In this document: positions 14,781-27,461 of the stretch, piece by piece
Numbering within the stretch: position 1 is the stretch's first letter
Layout of the letters: every line of letters starts with the position of its first letter
Assembly: GCA_964016885.1 (NCBI GenBank)
Contig: OZ024750.1
Location: forward strand, 49,166,001 to 49,230,000
Origin: Eledone cirrhosa
Lineage: Eukaryota
DNA length: 64,000 nucleotides
Direction: 5' to 3'
Position numbers and translations under genes: made by a program
The notes under the pieces: generated by a model
The model's input: only the letters and a program-made list of their open reading frames with translations
Told to the model about the DNA's origin: nothing
Database searches by the model: none

Positions 14781-15381
14781 GAGGGGGGACTAGATAAAAT
14801 ATTTCAAATCAAATGTGTATAAGTTATAAGTTAAAATGTATAAATCGAGACGATAGTGGAGGTATATCTGTTTAGTGGAACAGTAGACGATAGAATTAAA
14901 TACAGACGAGAATCTCCCTTTAATGAAACAGCAGACGATAGAATTAAGGCAATTTAAATTTTAAGCATTTGCATTTCATCGTTACGGGGTCGATAAAATA
15001 AAGTACCAGTAATACACTGTCACTATAAGTAGACGACTTTCAAATTGAATTGTTGGTTCCATTTCTTTAGTATTTTCAATTGTAGTTATCTACTTAAAAA
15101 GCGTTACACGGTTAGAGACATAATTGGTAAGTTATATCTTCCCTATTAAACCATTGCATTATTTCGCCTACAATAGAACAAAAATGAAATGTTCTTTAAA
15201 GAAACAGGAATATAACTTTATAAAAAAAAAAGTTGCATCCGCTTCTTTTATCATTGATAATTTTTTCGTTTTAATATTAATTGTTTTTTGTAGTTGTTTA
15301 TATTAAAAATCTTACTGTAATATTTACTTAAACGAAGGCAGACATCTAAACTTATAGATTAATCTTGAGCGAAGGACTAGA

Positions 15382-15456
<75 letters not shown>

Positions 15457-15954
15457 GAAGAATGATAACATTTCAAGCAAAGAGTTTAATTAGGTAATGA
15501 CTTACAAATTTGTTTCAGTATATAGACAAAGCCTGAAGCGCTAATTATAATAATTAGTTAATAATATTACAAAATATATTAATATTATATTAAATATATA
15601 CTGAAACAAATTTGTTTAGCAGAAAGTTTCCAGACAAGAAATACGCATATTTTGCTATCCTCAAACACGTTTACACATGGCATGAAATATAACTAATCCG
15701 AGATGGCTAGGTTTCATCTTCTAACTGGATAAACGAAATCCATTATGTCTTGACAACAACATGAGGTAACATTATGTTATTCACAGACACACTTTGTACA
15801 CTGTACCATATCAGAATGTATTTCCTTCGTCACATTCACAAACAGTATTGAAAATATGTTCTTCGGCAAATAAAAATGTTTTGTTCATAATATTTCAACT
15901 AGCGATTGCTCTACTCCACGCACGACCACCATAAATTAATGACCAGCTCAACAC

Positions 15955-16127
15955 AAGTATTGGTAGAGCGTCAGACACCATGCTTTGCAGTATTGTTATG
16001 GTCCTTTGCATTCTAAGTTCAAATCCTGCCGAGGTTAACTTCGACTTTCATACTTACTAATTCGATAAAATAAAGTACCAGTAATGGACTGCCGTAATGG
16101 ATTTGTGCCGAAAAATAGAAACACTAT
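15955..16127 (+). mobile_element. Diverged SINE (family 1)
   Basis: B box GTTCAAATCC and core TCGATAAAATAAAGTACCAG. Confidence 0.8.
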
Positions 16128-16680
16128 TAATGTGTAATAAGAGCAAAATATAACGACATTGCTCAATTATTTTATCTAATGTTGTAATAACACAAGGAAA
16201 TGTTGTTTGTGTATTTTTTTTTATATTTGCTCATGGGCTTTTACAATTTCGCTCAGCCAACAACTATTAAAAAGTGAGTTGCTTGAGATAACAATTTAAT
16301 CACAAATTGTTGCTATCTTTTAATACACACCAACAAGTCATCAAATTATGTACAATAAAAACAAATCTTATTAATTTGCTCAGGGAATATAAAGAAAATG
16401 TATATACACTGATAATTGCAATTGTATGTAAATATTTTGTATTTGTATTGTTTATTTTATGTCTTCTATTATGTATAATATATTGATTTAATATTGATTG
16501 TTTTTTTGTAGTTGTTTATATTAAAAGTCTGAAAATATTTTTATACATCTTACACTAATATTTATAAGATAATTTATAATAACAATTACATAATCTAATT
16601 ACATTACAACGATAATTTATTATTAATATATATCCTGTTTAACTAGAGTTATTACAAGCGTTGCCTTAAAAAAATATTAA

Positions 16681-17637
16681 ACTAGACATGAAAAATGCGC
16701 AAGCTCAAAAGTGCCACAGAATGTTATAATAAACCTTCAAAAGTGTGGGACTAGAGTTGTTGCTAAAAAATATTGTAATCATTATATATCGTACATTCTG
16801 TGGCATCCTTTATAAAAATAGCTTAAACCAACGAAGCCTTTATTTTTACGCTATTTCACTTAGTTAATTCTTAGAGTGTAACATATAAAAATAAATACAT
16901 CTATGTTTAATGTAATAACAGCTATAAATAATTACGTAATATTATTATCATATACTCATAGTAACAAAATAATTGTGTTGAAAATTAATATTATGCTTAT
17001 ATGAACGATCAAATCTATAATGATAATTTCTTAAATATACTAATAGTAAAATAATTTAGTTATCTATTGTTACATTTTCATAGAACTATAATATTAACAA
17101 TTGTATTGCATTATCAAATTTTTATCACTACAAACTTTCATATTGGAATTACCTTAAGCCACTTATTATTACTTCGCTTTCGTACTTTTACAGCTGAATA
17201 TATTGCGCTGTATCTTATATCTAATATCAATATCTCATGGTAATTTGCATGCAGTGTAAAATAGGTTTATTAATAACTTTAATATGAAATGTATTATACA
17301 GGGCTGCGGAGTCGGCTAAAAATTGACTGGCTCCAACTCAGGATCCGATACTCCATTATTTCCTAAATTTCAGCTCCGCAGCTCTGTTATTATATTAATT
17401 AATTTATTTTATAGTTGTAAATCATATTTTTATATGTTACACTCTAAGAATTAACTAAGTGAAATAGCGTAAAAATAAAGGCTTCGTTGGTTTAAGCTAT
17501 TTTTATAAAAGATGCCACAGAATGTACGATATATAATGATTACAATATTTTTTAGCAACAACTCTAGTCCCACCCTTTTGAAGGTTTATTATAACATTCT
17601 GTGGCACTTTTGAGCTTGCGCATTTTTCATGTCTAGT
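16681..17637. mobile_element. Element with ~212-bp near-perfect terminal inverted repeats (fold-back/MITE-like)
   Basis: 16681-16892 is the reverse complement of 17425-17637; termini ACTAGACATG...CATGTCTAGT; non-coding AT-rich spacer. Confidence 0.75.
17299..17386. mobile_element. 88-bp hAT-type MITE
   Basis: TIRs CAGGGCTGCGGAG / CTCCGCAGCTCTG; 8-bp TSD GTATTATA / TTATTATA (one mismatch). Confidence 0.75.
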
Positions 17638-18167
17638 ACAATATGTGCTATCTTTATACAATATGGGTTATCTCTATACAATATGTACTATCTCTATACA
17701 ATATGTGTTATCTATATACAATATGTGTTATCGTATTACAATATGTGTCATATTACACATTCGCTGACATATTCGAGTTTGGTTATATCTAATATAACGT
17801 GAACAATCAATGATAGCCGTAATAAGAGGACAACAACTGCAAACATAAAACCAGGAAGGGGACGGAAACATTCATACTACGTAACATGGATTTGGGTACA
17901 CAAACATATACGACGACATGCTGCAGTTTCCGCCTAGAAAATTCCACTCTCCACAAGTCATTCTTCCAAGGTGTCACATAGGCGACTAAACTCATAATGA
18001 CGTGGTTCCAAAACAGACTGCTACTAACATAACTATGCCTATACTGGTTACCATAACATCTCTGTTTAATATTCACTCTATAACAAAATGTAGCTTTTGG
18101 TCCGAAATATATACATATTTACTCTAACTAGTAAATTATATTTTGACTACATTTTCAGTAGATAATT

Positions 18168-19040
18168 ATTAATTGTTTCTACCTTAGGCACAAGGCCAGC
18201 AATTTTCCAGTACATTACTGGTACTTTATTTTATCGACCCTGAAAGGATGAAAGGCAAAGTTAACCTCGGCAGGATTTGAAATCAGATTGTAAAGGGACG
18301 TAACTATGCTAGAAAGCATGGCGTCCAACCCTCGACCGATACTGCCAATTCAATAATTATTAATATTACTCATTAATCTGTAATATCTAGACAAATAATT
18401 ACAATATTGATGTAGAGTTATTTCGATGTTTAATTAGTTAAAATAGATATTTAATTAATCTAATATGGTATCAGTGTTGTTTCCAATCCTTTTCATGTGT
18501 GGAATATAATTTATCTGATTCTACTTTAGGCACAAGGCCAGCAATTATCCAGTTCATTACTGGTACTTTATTTTATCGACCCCGTAAGGATGAAAGGCCA
18601 AGTTAACCCCGGTAGGATTTGAACTCAGATAGTAAAGGGACGTAACTATGCTAGAAAGCATGGCGTCCAACCCTCTACCGATACTTCCAATTCAATAATT
18701 ATTAATATTACTCATCAATCTGTAATATCTAGACAAATAATTACAATATTGATGTAGAGTTATTTCGATGTTTAATTAGTTAAAATAGATATTTAATTAA
18801 TCTAATATGGTATCAGTGTTGTTTCAAAGCCTTTTCATGTGTGGAATATAATTTATCTGTTTCTACTTTAGGCACAAGGCCAGCAATTATCCAGTTCATT
18901 ACTGGTACTTTATTTTATCGACCCCGTAAGGATGAAAGGCAAAGTCAATCTCGGCGGGATTTGAACTCAGATCGTAAAGGGACGTAACTATGCTGTAAAG
19001 CATGGCGTCCGACCCTCTACCGATACTGCCAATCCACCGC
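18168..19040 (-). mobile_element. Three SINEs (family 1) in a ~345-bp tandem duplication
   Basis: SINEs at ~18170-18350, 18515-18692 and 18857-19038, separated by two near-identical ~165-bp spacers. Confidence 0.9.
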
Positions 19041-19217
19041 AGTATATAATTTATTATTTGTTGAACTAACATTAAACATTTCTCATTACTCATATATATA
19101 TTTTGTTTTATATATATTTTACAGTGGCGTCTAAATATGATGAAGTATGTTTGATAATGGGCATACATTTAATATCAACAAAATTACTAACGTATATATT
19201 CATTTACACATGCATAT

Positions 19218-19288
<71 letters not shown>

Positions 19289-19815
19289 ATATTTGGGGAG
19301 GGTCATATTTGCGTAATTTTGCCAGAATTAATAACAGAACACACTCACTGTTTAGTTGGTTTTCGCTTCTCGCTGTCTTTTATATCTGCGATCTAACTTA
19401 TTCGGTCCTCAATGTTGCCATTGACTGACCGGCGGTCAAAGATAATACAGATACAATATAGACACAAAAACATATATATAGTTTACATAATTTACATAAA
19501 TCTTTGGTTGCACATCTGCAACATCGTCAGTGGTGTTATATTCATTGTTCCTCCTGTTGTGTTGTATGTCTACGCCATTTTTTTTTTGTTCAGTCTCTCT
19601 ATATATTTATTTATTTATTTGCTTGTTTGTTTATCTTATTTTATTTTGTCTTCTTTGCGCATGCGTTTGCGTGTGTGAATAGTGTTATGTGTGATGTGTG
19701 ACTAGTGTGTATAGTGTTGTGTCTGCTGGGTGACTAGTGTGTGTTTATATGCTTGTTGTTATTGTGCTTGTGTATGTATTTATTTATCTTATTTTATTTA
19801 ATTTTATTTACTTAT

Positions 19816-20230
19816 TTATACTTCTCTTGGGTCAGTGTTGTTTGTTTGGGTGTAGTTGTTATTCCATTCATTCTTTCTGTTTAGTTTTGGTCTTCCAATT
19901 TCTATTTCATTGGCCTCTCTGATTTGCCTATCTGCTGAGTCATTTCTATGTTTAGATATACTTCTAATTTCTATGTTGTCTATGTTACCGTCATGTTGTT
20001 GTCTAGCATGTTCGTATAGTACTGACCCGTTTTTTCGTCCTTTTAGTTCCCCCCAGTGTTGGTCTATCCTTTCACCTATGCTACGAGCTGTCTCACCTAT
20101 GTATGTTGTTGTCATGTTTCTGCAAGTACCCTCTGTACATCTTATGCTATAGACTACGTTTCTAGTTTTACAGTTTATCCGGGGGTTCACCTTACATATG
20201 ATACATTTCCTATTGGTACAGTGGGTTTTC
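19816..20230 (-). pseudogene. PLE GIY-YIG endonuclease with Cys-rich linker
   Basis: NVVYSIRC...TTYIGETARS..ERIDQH...RQIREA..I...PKLNRKNEW. Confidence 0.92.
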
Positions 20231-21750
20231 TTAAAAGGGTAGGTTTTATGGTGGTTCCTGGCTTTTCTACCACCTTTATTTTTAAGTGGGTCTTTCTCAG
20301 GGCCTTTCTACACTGGTTAGCTAATTTCCCTCCAGGGGTGGCGTCCACAAACATGACACTCTGATATCTCTGGTTGTCGTACCATGATGTGGCCTTCCCT
20401 ATCTTATGTATAGCCCTATCTAAGCTATTCCATGATTTGCTCCTGTATAGTGGGCAAATTCCTTTCATGTCCAGTTCTATGAGGGTCTTATACTTTTCCA
20501 TGGCTCTTTCGTATAGTCTGACTCTGTCTCTTTGGTTGTAGCCAGAGAACTGCATGCGGTTGATGAAGTGTTGGATGTGTCCTTCCATTTCTGTTGGGTC
20601 GCACATGCTGGACACATTCTTCATCACTCGTACCAAGTCTGCGATCAGAATATTAAACTTAGCACTACTGGACATTGCTGAGTTTTTGAGTATCAGGTAT
20701 TTGGAGGCCATGGGTTTAGCATAGTGTGAGTGGAGAATTTGTGCTCTCTCGTCTATAGTGTTAATCCAGAGTTCTGTGTCTAATACAGGTAGTCTATTGT
20801 TAGGGTGTTTGGAAGGGAAGTCTATAGTTACAGTTATACTCTGGTGTATGGAATTAGCTATCTGCTGGATGTTTTCCATCGTGCTACGTTCTAAATCAAA
20901 CTTGTTAGTGCTCTCTAGTGGGGGTGTTCTTATAACTATATTGATGTCGTCTACATAACGAGAGTACATGATGAGGTCTATGGAGCTTTCATTAAGGAGG
21001 TCTTTAAGTCTCCTTTCCCACCATACCATGAAAAGGTTGGCAACATCACCAGCTATGCTGACGCCGATGGCTGCTCCCTCATTTTGGGTGTAGATGTTCT
21101 CATTAAACTTAAATATGTGGCCCTTTAGGGTAGTTTTTATACTAGCCCCTATTGCATGTGCGACCATTTTTCTTACCTGATAAGTGTTTTGGGGGGTCCG
21201 TATAGCTTTGGTCCACCCAATCCACCTTCCTATGGGAGTCTTTTTAGCCATTGAGGTTATGGTGGGGGGTCTACCTCTTATAGGTCTACTAGGGCAGAAA
21301 CATCTAAGGTCATGGCTGTCTAGGTAGTCAGTGTCGTAGGTAAGTCTAAGTAGGAGGCCCAGTTCGTCTGTGTCGACGTCGCAGAACTCCACCTCACTCT
21401 CAATGATCATCTCCACACATCTTTTCACAGCAAAATCAATGTTAATGGATGGGTACAGTGACACCACATCCATGCTGCCTATTATGCAGTTGGATAGGCT
21501 CCTGTTTTTGTTGCACTCACTGATTCTGCTGAGGAGGTCCTCTGTACTTTCACATACATCTGGGGACATCTTGATTATGGGGTGTATAACCATTGAGAGG
21601 AAGTAGGAGATCCTGTAGTTGCTAGCTATATTAGCTCCGCATACGGGTCTTGTTGGTGGTCCTGTTGTCGGGTCGTCGACTGTCTTGTGGTCTTTGCGGA
21701 GCCCATACAAGGGTGGTATGCCATTGTTAGACGCCTGGAAGTTGTTGGCG
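20187..21750 (-). pseudogene. PLE reverse transcriptase (RT + thumb)
   Basis: Motifs PPLYGLRKDHK..PTRPV, GSMDVVSLYPSI, YTQNEGAAIG, YSRYVDD, LPVLD, HYAKPM. Frameshifted from the endonuclease by a 16-bp deletion. Confidence 0.92.
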
Positions 21751-22344
21751 TAATACAAATAAGTAATCGAGAATCGCAATCTCGGCTCACGAAATAACGA
21801 AACACAATCTTCGACATGCATGGCAGAGGGCTCAATAGTTTGGATAAACCAGAGCTATAACTATCGTTTAAATACCAACACATAGAGACAATGCTTAAAA
21901 TCATTCGTACAGCCGAAAAGACGACCAGGAAAATTCGGGTCACACAAATAATAAATTAATAAATTAATAAATTAAATATATATATGCAGAAGTTATATTT
22001 AATTTGTTGGGATTCCAACAAACTTGAAAATGTATAACTAATATAGAGCAGTCAACTGCTAACTGGAGTAAATATTCAATATATTAATAAATTAATATAT
22101 TAATAAATGGTGTAAATATTCAGTTTATTGGGTGTGTGTATGCTGAACTATCGAGCGAATTTTCAACCGTCGGTTATGTCACTATTTATGAAACACATTT
22201 TGTATTTTATCTGATGAACGCGCACCAAGCTGGCCTTGGTTGCCCTTGAAATATATATAATAAAATAATTATTGTTTTATAAATATAGTATCCATTTATG
22301 AATATATATAAATATATATATATATTATGAATATATATATATTT

Positions 22345-22490
22345 GACGCACAGAGTTACGGCCCTTGCCATTCTGAGTTCAAATACCGCGAGGTTAACTT
22401 TGACTTTCATCCTTACGGGGTTGATAAAATAAAGTACCAGTAATACACTGGAGTAATTGCTGGCCTTGTGCCAAAAGTAGAAACAATTAT
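22345..22490 (+). mobile_element. 5'-truncated SINE (family 1)
   Basis: B box, core and 3' end GTAGAAACAATTAT running into (TA)n. Confidence 0.85.
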
Positions 22491-22495
22491 ATATA

Positions 22496-22528
<33 letters not shown>

Positions 22529-22542
22529 AATATATATATATA

Positions 22543-22823
22543 TCAAAGAAGAGAGAAATATTATTGCTATCAGTCCATTATTGCTACACATAGTATAGCA
22601 ATAATGGACTGAAATTCTGATGAAACAATTGTTAATACGTGGATTAAATTCTTTTGTAACTGTTTACCTTCGTCCTATTTCTCTCTTCTTTGATTACACT
22701 CCTCGTTTGTTCGTGTTTCCACTACTGAATCCCTACCAACCTGTCGAGTCACCTTAACGTATGTTGAGAACTTTCCTCACAACTTGTTCTACCAAGCTTT
22801 GGAATACTCCTAATTACTGAATA
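22543..22823 (+). mobile_element. Fold-back mini-element in (TA)n
   Basis: TCAAAGAAGAGAGAAATA (22543) is the inverse of TATTTCTCTCTTCTTTGA (22676-22693). Inner hairpin at 22570-22612; ~130-nt tail. Confidence 0.6.
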
Positions 22824-22838
22824 AATATATATATATAT

Positions 22839-22951
<113 letters not shown>

Positions 22952-23164
22952 TGCACAAGTATTTATGCGTACATGTGTGTGTGTGTATGCTGAACAATGA
23001 AATTAATCAAAGGTGGAATACAAGATCTTAATAAGTTCATTGCTTTACGATAGTTTCAGAAGGTAGTTTGATCATGTTCCATCAATATATAAACTTGTAA
23101 GTATTGGTTATGTTAACATCTCTGATCCATCACTCTTAATTCCTCTCTCCTCTCTCTCTCTTTC

Positions 23165-23255
<91 letters not shown>

Positions 23256-23834
23256 GTGTGTGTGTGTGTGTGCGTGTAGATGTGTTACGAGTATGTCAGT
23301 TGTGTATACAAATCAAGCGGAGGTCCATTTTACATCTCATCATTTCATGGTCGATAAGGAGAACACCATGCTCCTGCTGGGTGCTGCCTTCTCTTCTTCC
23401 AGGCTCCACAATTTGGATATTCTGTTGCGTCAAATGGGGGTGGGTCGAGATTGTGTCCGCGGCTGCTCGAAATAGCCTAGATGTCTCAAATCCTTGCAGA
23501 AACCATGATTCTTGCTATCAATCCAACTCGAGAACTAATATATATATTTGAACATCTTTCGAATTATATTTACATGTATCTCATTTCATATGTTTCAAAT
23601 TGGCTGATGCATATTTGCGATTAAATATGATGAAATGTTTATAAGCACCTTTGGCACTGTAATTATTTCTACGAGCAATAATCAATATAAGCTATGTAAA
23701 TCAAAACCCAAATTTCCCCGTTTGTATGATTGCTCACCAGCCCGTTATTCCTGGTAAATATGATAAATTGATTATGTTCTGAAATTTGGTGAAGGCACGT
23801 GGTAATAGGTCTAAATCTGAGTATGTCTTAAGCC

Positions 23835-24088
23835 TGGAGGCTTGTTAGACCACGTCTTCATCCCGGTTTCATGGTGTGAATCGATTCAGAGTATAAGACT
23901 CCCCGCTAGAATGGACGCCAGTCCATCGCAGGGTTAAATCCCCGGTACACATTATCAGTAGAATATACTGAAGCAATGTGGAGTGACGTGTTTTGCTCAA
24001 GAATAGAATACGCAAACTAGCCCTGGAATTGAATGCATTACATTATCATTGTAAGTCGAACACACTTACCATTAGGCCACACGCCTCC
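23835..24088 (-). mobile_element. Degenerate tRNA-derived SINE (family 2-like head)
   Basis: Reverse complement begins AGGCGTGTGGCCTAATGGTAAG and contains CTTGAGCAAAACAC, like 62225-62345. Confidence 0.65.
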
Positions 24089-24545
24089 TCGCCTGACACC
24101 AGGTATTAACACAACTGCATGAATCAACACTAACACCAAAAGGAACTGATCCCGTAAGTGGACCAACCAAAAACTGTTTCAATTGGATTTTCCGTCGCTC
24201 ATAATATCTGATGGAAATTCCTGTTAGGCGGCGGGAGTTTAAATCCGAACACAAGGCCGGATCAGATATTGTTTCACAACTCCGCCGATTAACAGCGCCA
24301 GACGCTGGCCACAGCAGCACACGTACCGAAGTTTTTAAGTCCGTCTGGTAACAAATGTACACACACACACACATACACACACGCGCACACACACACACAC
24401 ACACACACGCGCGCACACACACACAGACACACACACACACACACATACACACATACACACATTCTATCTTTCTCTATCACGCACACACACACACATTCTC
24501 TATTTCTCTCTCACGCGCACACACACACATTCTCTCTTTCTCTCT

Positions 24546-24642
<97 letters not shown>

Positions 24643-24644
<2 letters not shown>

Positions 24645-26018
24645 CGAAGGAAATGTGGTAAGGAACCAGGTGGACCATAACGCACCAAAGTACTCAATAC
24701 TTGAGGTAGTAGAGTGGGTAATAGGAACCAGTAAGACCCCGACAGCTATAACACCCCACTTGCCGATTTTGCAATGGGTAACCAGTAAGACCCCGACAGG
24801 CTATAACACCCCACTTGCCGATGTTGCAATGAGTAACCCCTGCTTGCCAAGGAAGACGTAAGATCTTCTTTGTATTCTTTTATCGCTTCCTTTATTTCCT
24901 TCCCCCCTCTCTCCCTAGTCCTTCTACCCCAGCTCTTCTCCTTTGTCGGCGTCTTTTCTCGCCCACCCGAGGCTGCCCTTTGGCCCCATGTAGCCTTAGT
25001 ACCCCCCCCCCCCCCCTCCCCTAGTCTATGATAGATTTGGCGGACTCCGCCCTTTATAGCAGTTGGCTTAGACCCCGGATACTTGCCCCCTTTTTCCGAC
25101 CGCTCCCACTATTCTCTGTGCCCTCTATATTTCTTAGTGGCACTTATGCCTTATTTTTTCGTTTCAGTATTTCTTGCTTCGCTTTTCTTCTGGGCGGGGT
25201 GGATTCTGAATTTATTTCTCCGTATTCTACCTTTATTTCGTACGAACTTTCATGTAGCTTGTTTTCGATCTTTTAGAGTTAGCATTAGTATATATTTTTC
25301 TCGGGACTCAGAATTATTATCTCGTACAAGTTCACTTTGCCGCACTGGGTCGTTGCTGGCCCGGGATGGAAACCTTTATTGTTTATTTCGGGGTAGTCTC
25401 TTTAGTATTTTGGCCCCTTTTGTTGACCCGTCACCGTATCATTTACGTACTTATACCTCTTAAAAGGGTCCTTGCCTAATTCGTCCCACCTAGTTCTTTT
25501 ACTTATTTCGTTATTTCGTTATTTATTTATTTCTTTACTTCTTTCTTTCCTTCTTTATTTTATTCTGCCTAACAATAGCCTGAGACCTAGGTCGTAGTAT
25601 TTAATTTACTTTACTTTTTTCTTTACACTTATTTGCTTTTCTTCACTCTCAGTATTTTTTTTTTTTTTTTTTTTCTTTCCTATTTCTTCCCCCATTGTTC
25701 TACCTACCGTCCCGACTTACTCCCCCTCCCCCTCCCCTGTATCTTCTTTGACCTCATGCCCAGCTGTAGCTGGCACTACCAACGCTTGATTGGGTCTACT
25801 CCACCCCCTCCCCTCTTTCTCCTACTGGCAGGTTTAGCCACCATCTCCCCTACTAATTTGCAACCACAGAATTACTACTGATTTTTGACAATCACTTTGA
25901 CCATATATGGAATTACCCCTTGAGAAGATCGGCTATTTAAATACCAGTATAAATTTTCATTTAGTCCAGAATTAGCCGTCGAGACGGCTTGAGCTCAGCT
26001 GTCGGGGTCTTACTGGTT

Positions 26019-26021
<3 letters not shown>
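24643..26021. mobile_element. PLE-type non-coding element with inverted ends (family C) in (TA)n
   Basis: 24722-24747 is the inverse of 25997-26022; tail 24643-24721 is the inverse of 31385-31464; HHR at 25915-26008. Confidence 0.75.
25915..26008 (+). ncRNA. Type I hammerhead ribozyme motif, U3-A8 variant
   Basis: Stem I ACCCC/GGGGU; core UUGAGAA; stem II GA(U)CGGCUA/UAGCCGUC; GAGA (GAAA in copies at ~31277 and ~31343); stem III ACGGCU/AGCUGU; GUC triplet ending at 26003. Confidence 0.75.
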
Positions 26022-26069
<48 letters not shown>

Positions 26070-26072
<3 letters not shown>

Positions 26073-26545
26073 TAAACGGAATAGAAAATGCTGACAAATT
26101 GTTCACAGTTGAAAAATGGTTTAATTAGGAATAAAAGAGTATTAGTGATTGTATGGGTTAGTATTCAGTTGTGGTTTTAAGTTTTTAAGTTTTTACCGGT
26201 TGCGCATTTCTAAATGCTTTTCAAAAATAATTTTGAGATAGAGTGTCCGTGCTGTTTGCTCTGATCTGATTAGTTTTGGGAATTCTACCTGTTTTTATGT
26301 TAAAAAAGTGGCTCCAGCGTTACTTTGATGTTGCAAAAATTCTTGTGGTCAAAACAATTTTGATTGGTCGGTAGAGGTCATGTGAATGTAAAAATTGATT
26401 TTCCCCCAAGACTGTTTTGATGTTAAAAAAGTGGCTCCAGCGCTATTTTGTGTTTGCAAAAATTCTTGTGGTCAAAACAATTTTGATTGGTCGGTAGAGG
26501 TCATGTGAATAAAAAATTGGTTTTGCGCTAAGATTGAGAAATGAC
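26070..26545 (-). mobile_element. PLE pLTR/3' UTR fragment (family of 29042-29285, related to 57272-57800)
   Basis: Shared sequence with 29090-29270; HHR-like motif at 26190-26228; internal ~117-bp tandem duplication. Confidence 0.65.
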
Positions 26546-26649
26546 TCTTTCACAACAAATATGTGTGTGTGTGTGTAGTAGTAGTAGTAAGGTGTTCGAT
26601 GTTGTGATAATGGTTAGCAGGGATGTGTGTCAAATGGCTATTAAGATAA

Positions 26650-26685
<36 letters not shown>

Positions 26686-26857
26686 TTGTGTGTGTGAGAG
26701 TCAGAGTGTGTGTTTGTGAGTGGGTGTGCGTGTGTCCATATTTGAGAGTAAGTGAGTGTGTGAGTGTGTGTGCGTATGTAAAAAGTAAACAGAAATAGCG
26801 AATGACACAGTACAATAAGAAGTGTTTCGGTCATTTTATTTCTTCATTATTTGTTAG

Positions 26858-27461
26858 TTGGCAGTATCGGTAGAGGTCGGATGCCATGCTTTGTAGTATA
26901 GAGTTACGGCCCTTTATGATCTGAGTTCAAATCCCGCCGAGGTTAACTTTGCCTTTCATCCTTACGGGGTCGATAAAATAAAGTACCAGTAATGCACTGG
27001 GGTAATTGCTCGCCTTGTGCCAAAAGTAGAAACAATTATTTGTTAGTCGGGACGTTGGATTGGCAGTATCGGTAGAGGGTCGGACACCATGATTGAAGCA
27101 AAGAGTTACTTCCCTTCATGATCCGAGTTCAAATCCCGCCGAGTTTAACTGTGTCTTTCATCCTTACGGGGTCGATAAAATAAAGTACCAGTAATACACT
27201 GGTTTAATTGCTGGCCTTGTGCCAAATGTAGTAACAATTATTTGTTAGTCGAGTAGTCTACATCACTGTCCAGCAAGTCAGTGGCTTCTAGATTATATTT
27301 CCTATGTTGTTTCATAACTGTTTCTACTTTGCACAAAGCCAGCAAATACCCAGTACATTACTGGTACTGTAAGGACGAAAGGCAAAGTTAACCTCGGCGG
27401 CATTTGAACTCAGTTTGTAAAGGGACGTAACTGTGCTGCAAAGCATGGCGATACTGCCAAT
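26858..27461. mobile_element. SINE cluster (family 1): two plus-strand copies and one deleted minus-strand copy
   Basis: 26858-27037 (+), 27056-27240 (+) and 27318-27461 (-). Target ATTATTTGTTAGT is present three times. Confidence 0.9.

Larger units (their letters stand above)
19282..21750 (-). mobile_element. Penelope-like retroelement, 5'-truncated, with 3' UTR/pLTR ending at (TA)n
   Basis: RT and GIY-YIG ORFs below; the 3' region 19282-19810 matches 30710-31205. Confidence 0.93.

Noticed and set aside
15495-15620. HHR in a short inverted repeat (GAAACAAAUUUGUA)
   Set aside because: Only the 3' half resembles an HHR; there is no matching core or stem II.
19816-21821. Selenocysteine recoding or a programmed frameshift in the PLE
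   Set aside because: No in-frame TGA at conserved Cys positions was seen, and the frameshift is explained by a 16-bp deletion relative to copy 2.
23283-23520. GC-richer island that looks coding
   Set aside because: No recognisable protein motif in the frames I read; probably a repeat fragment.
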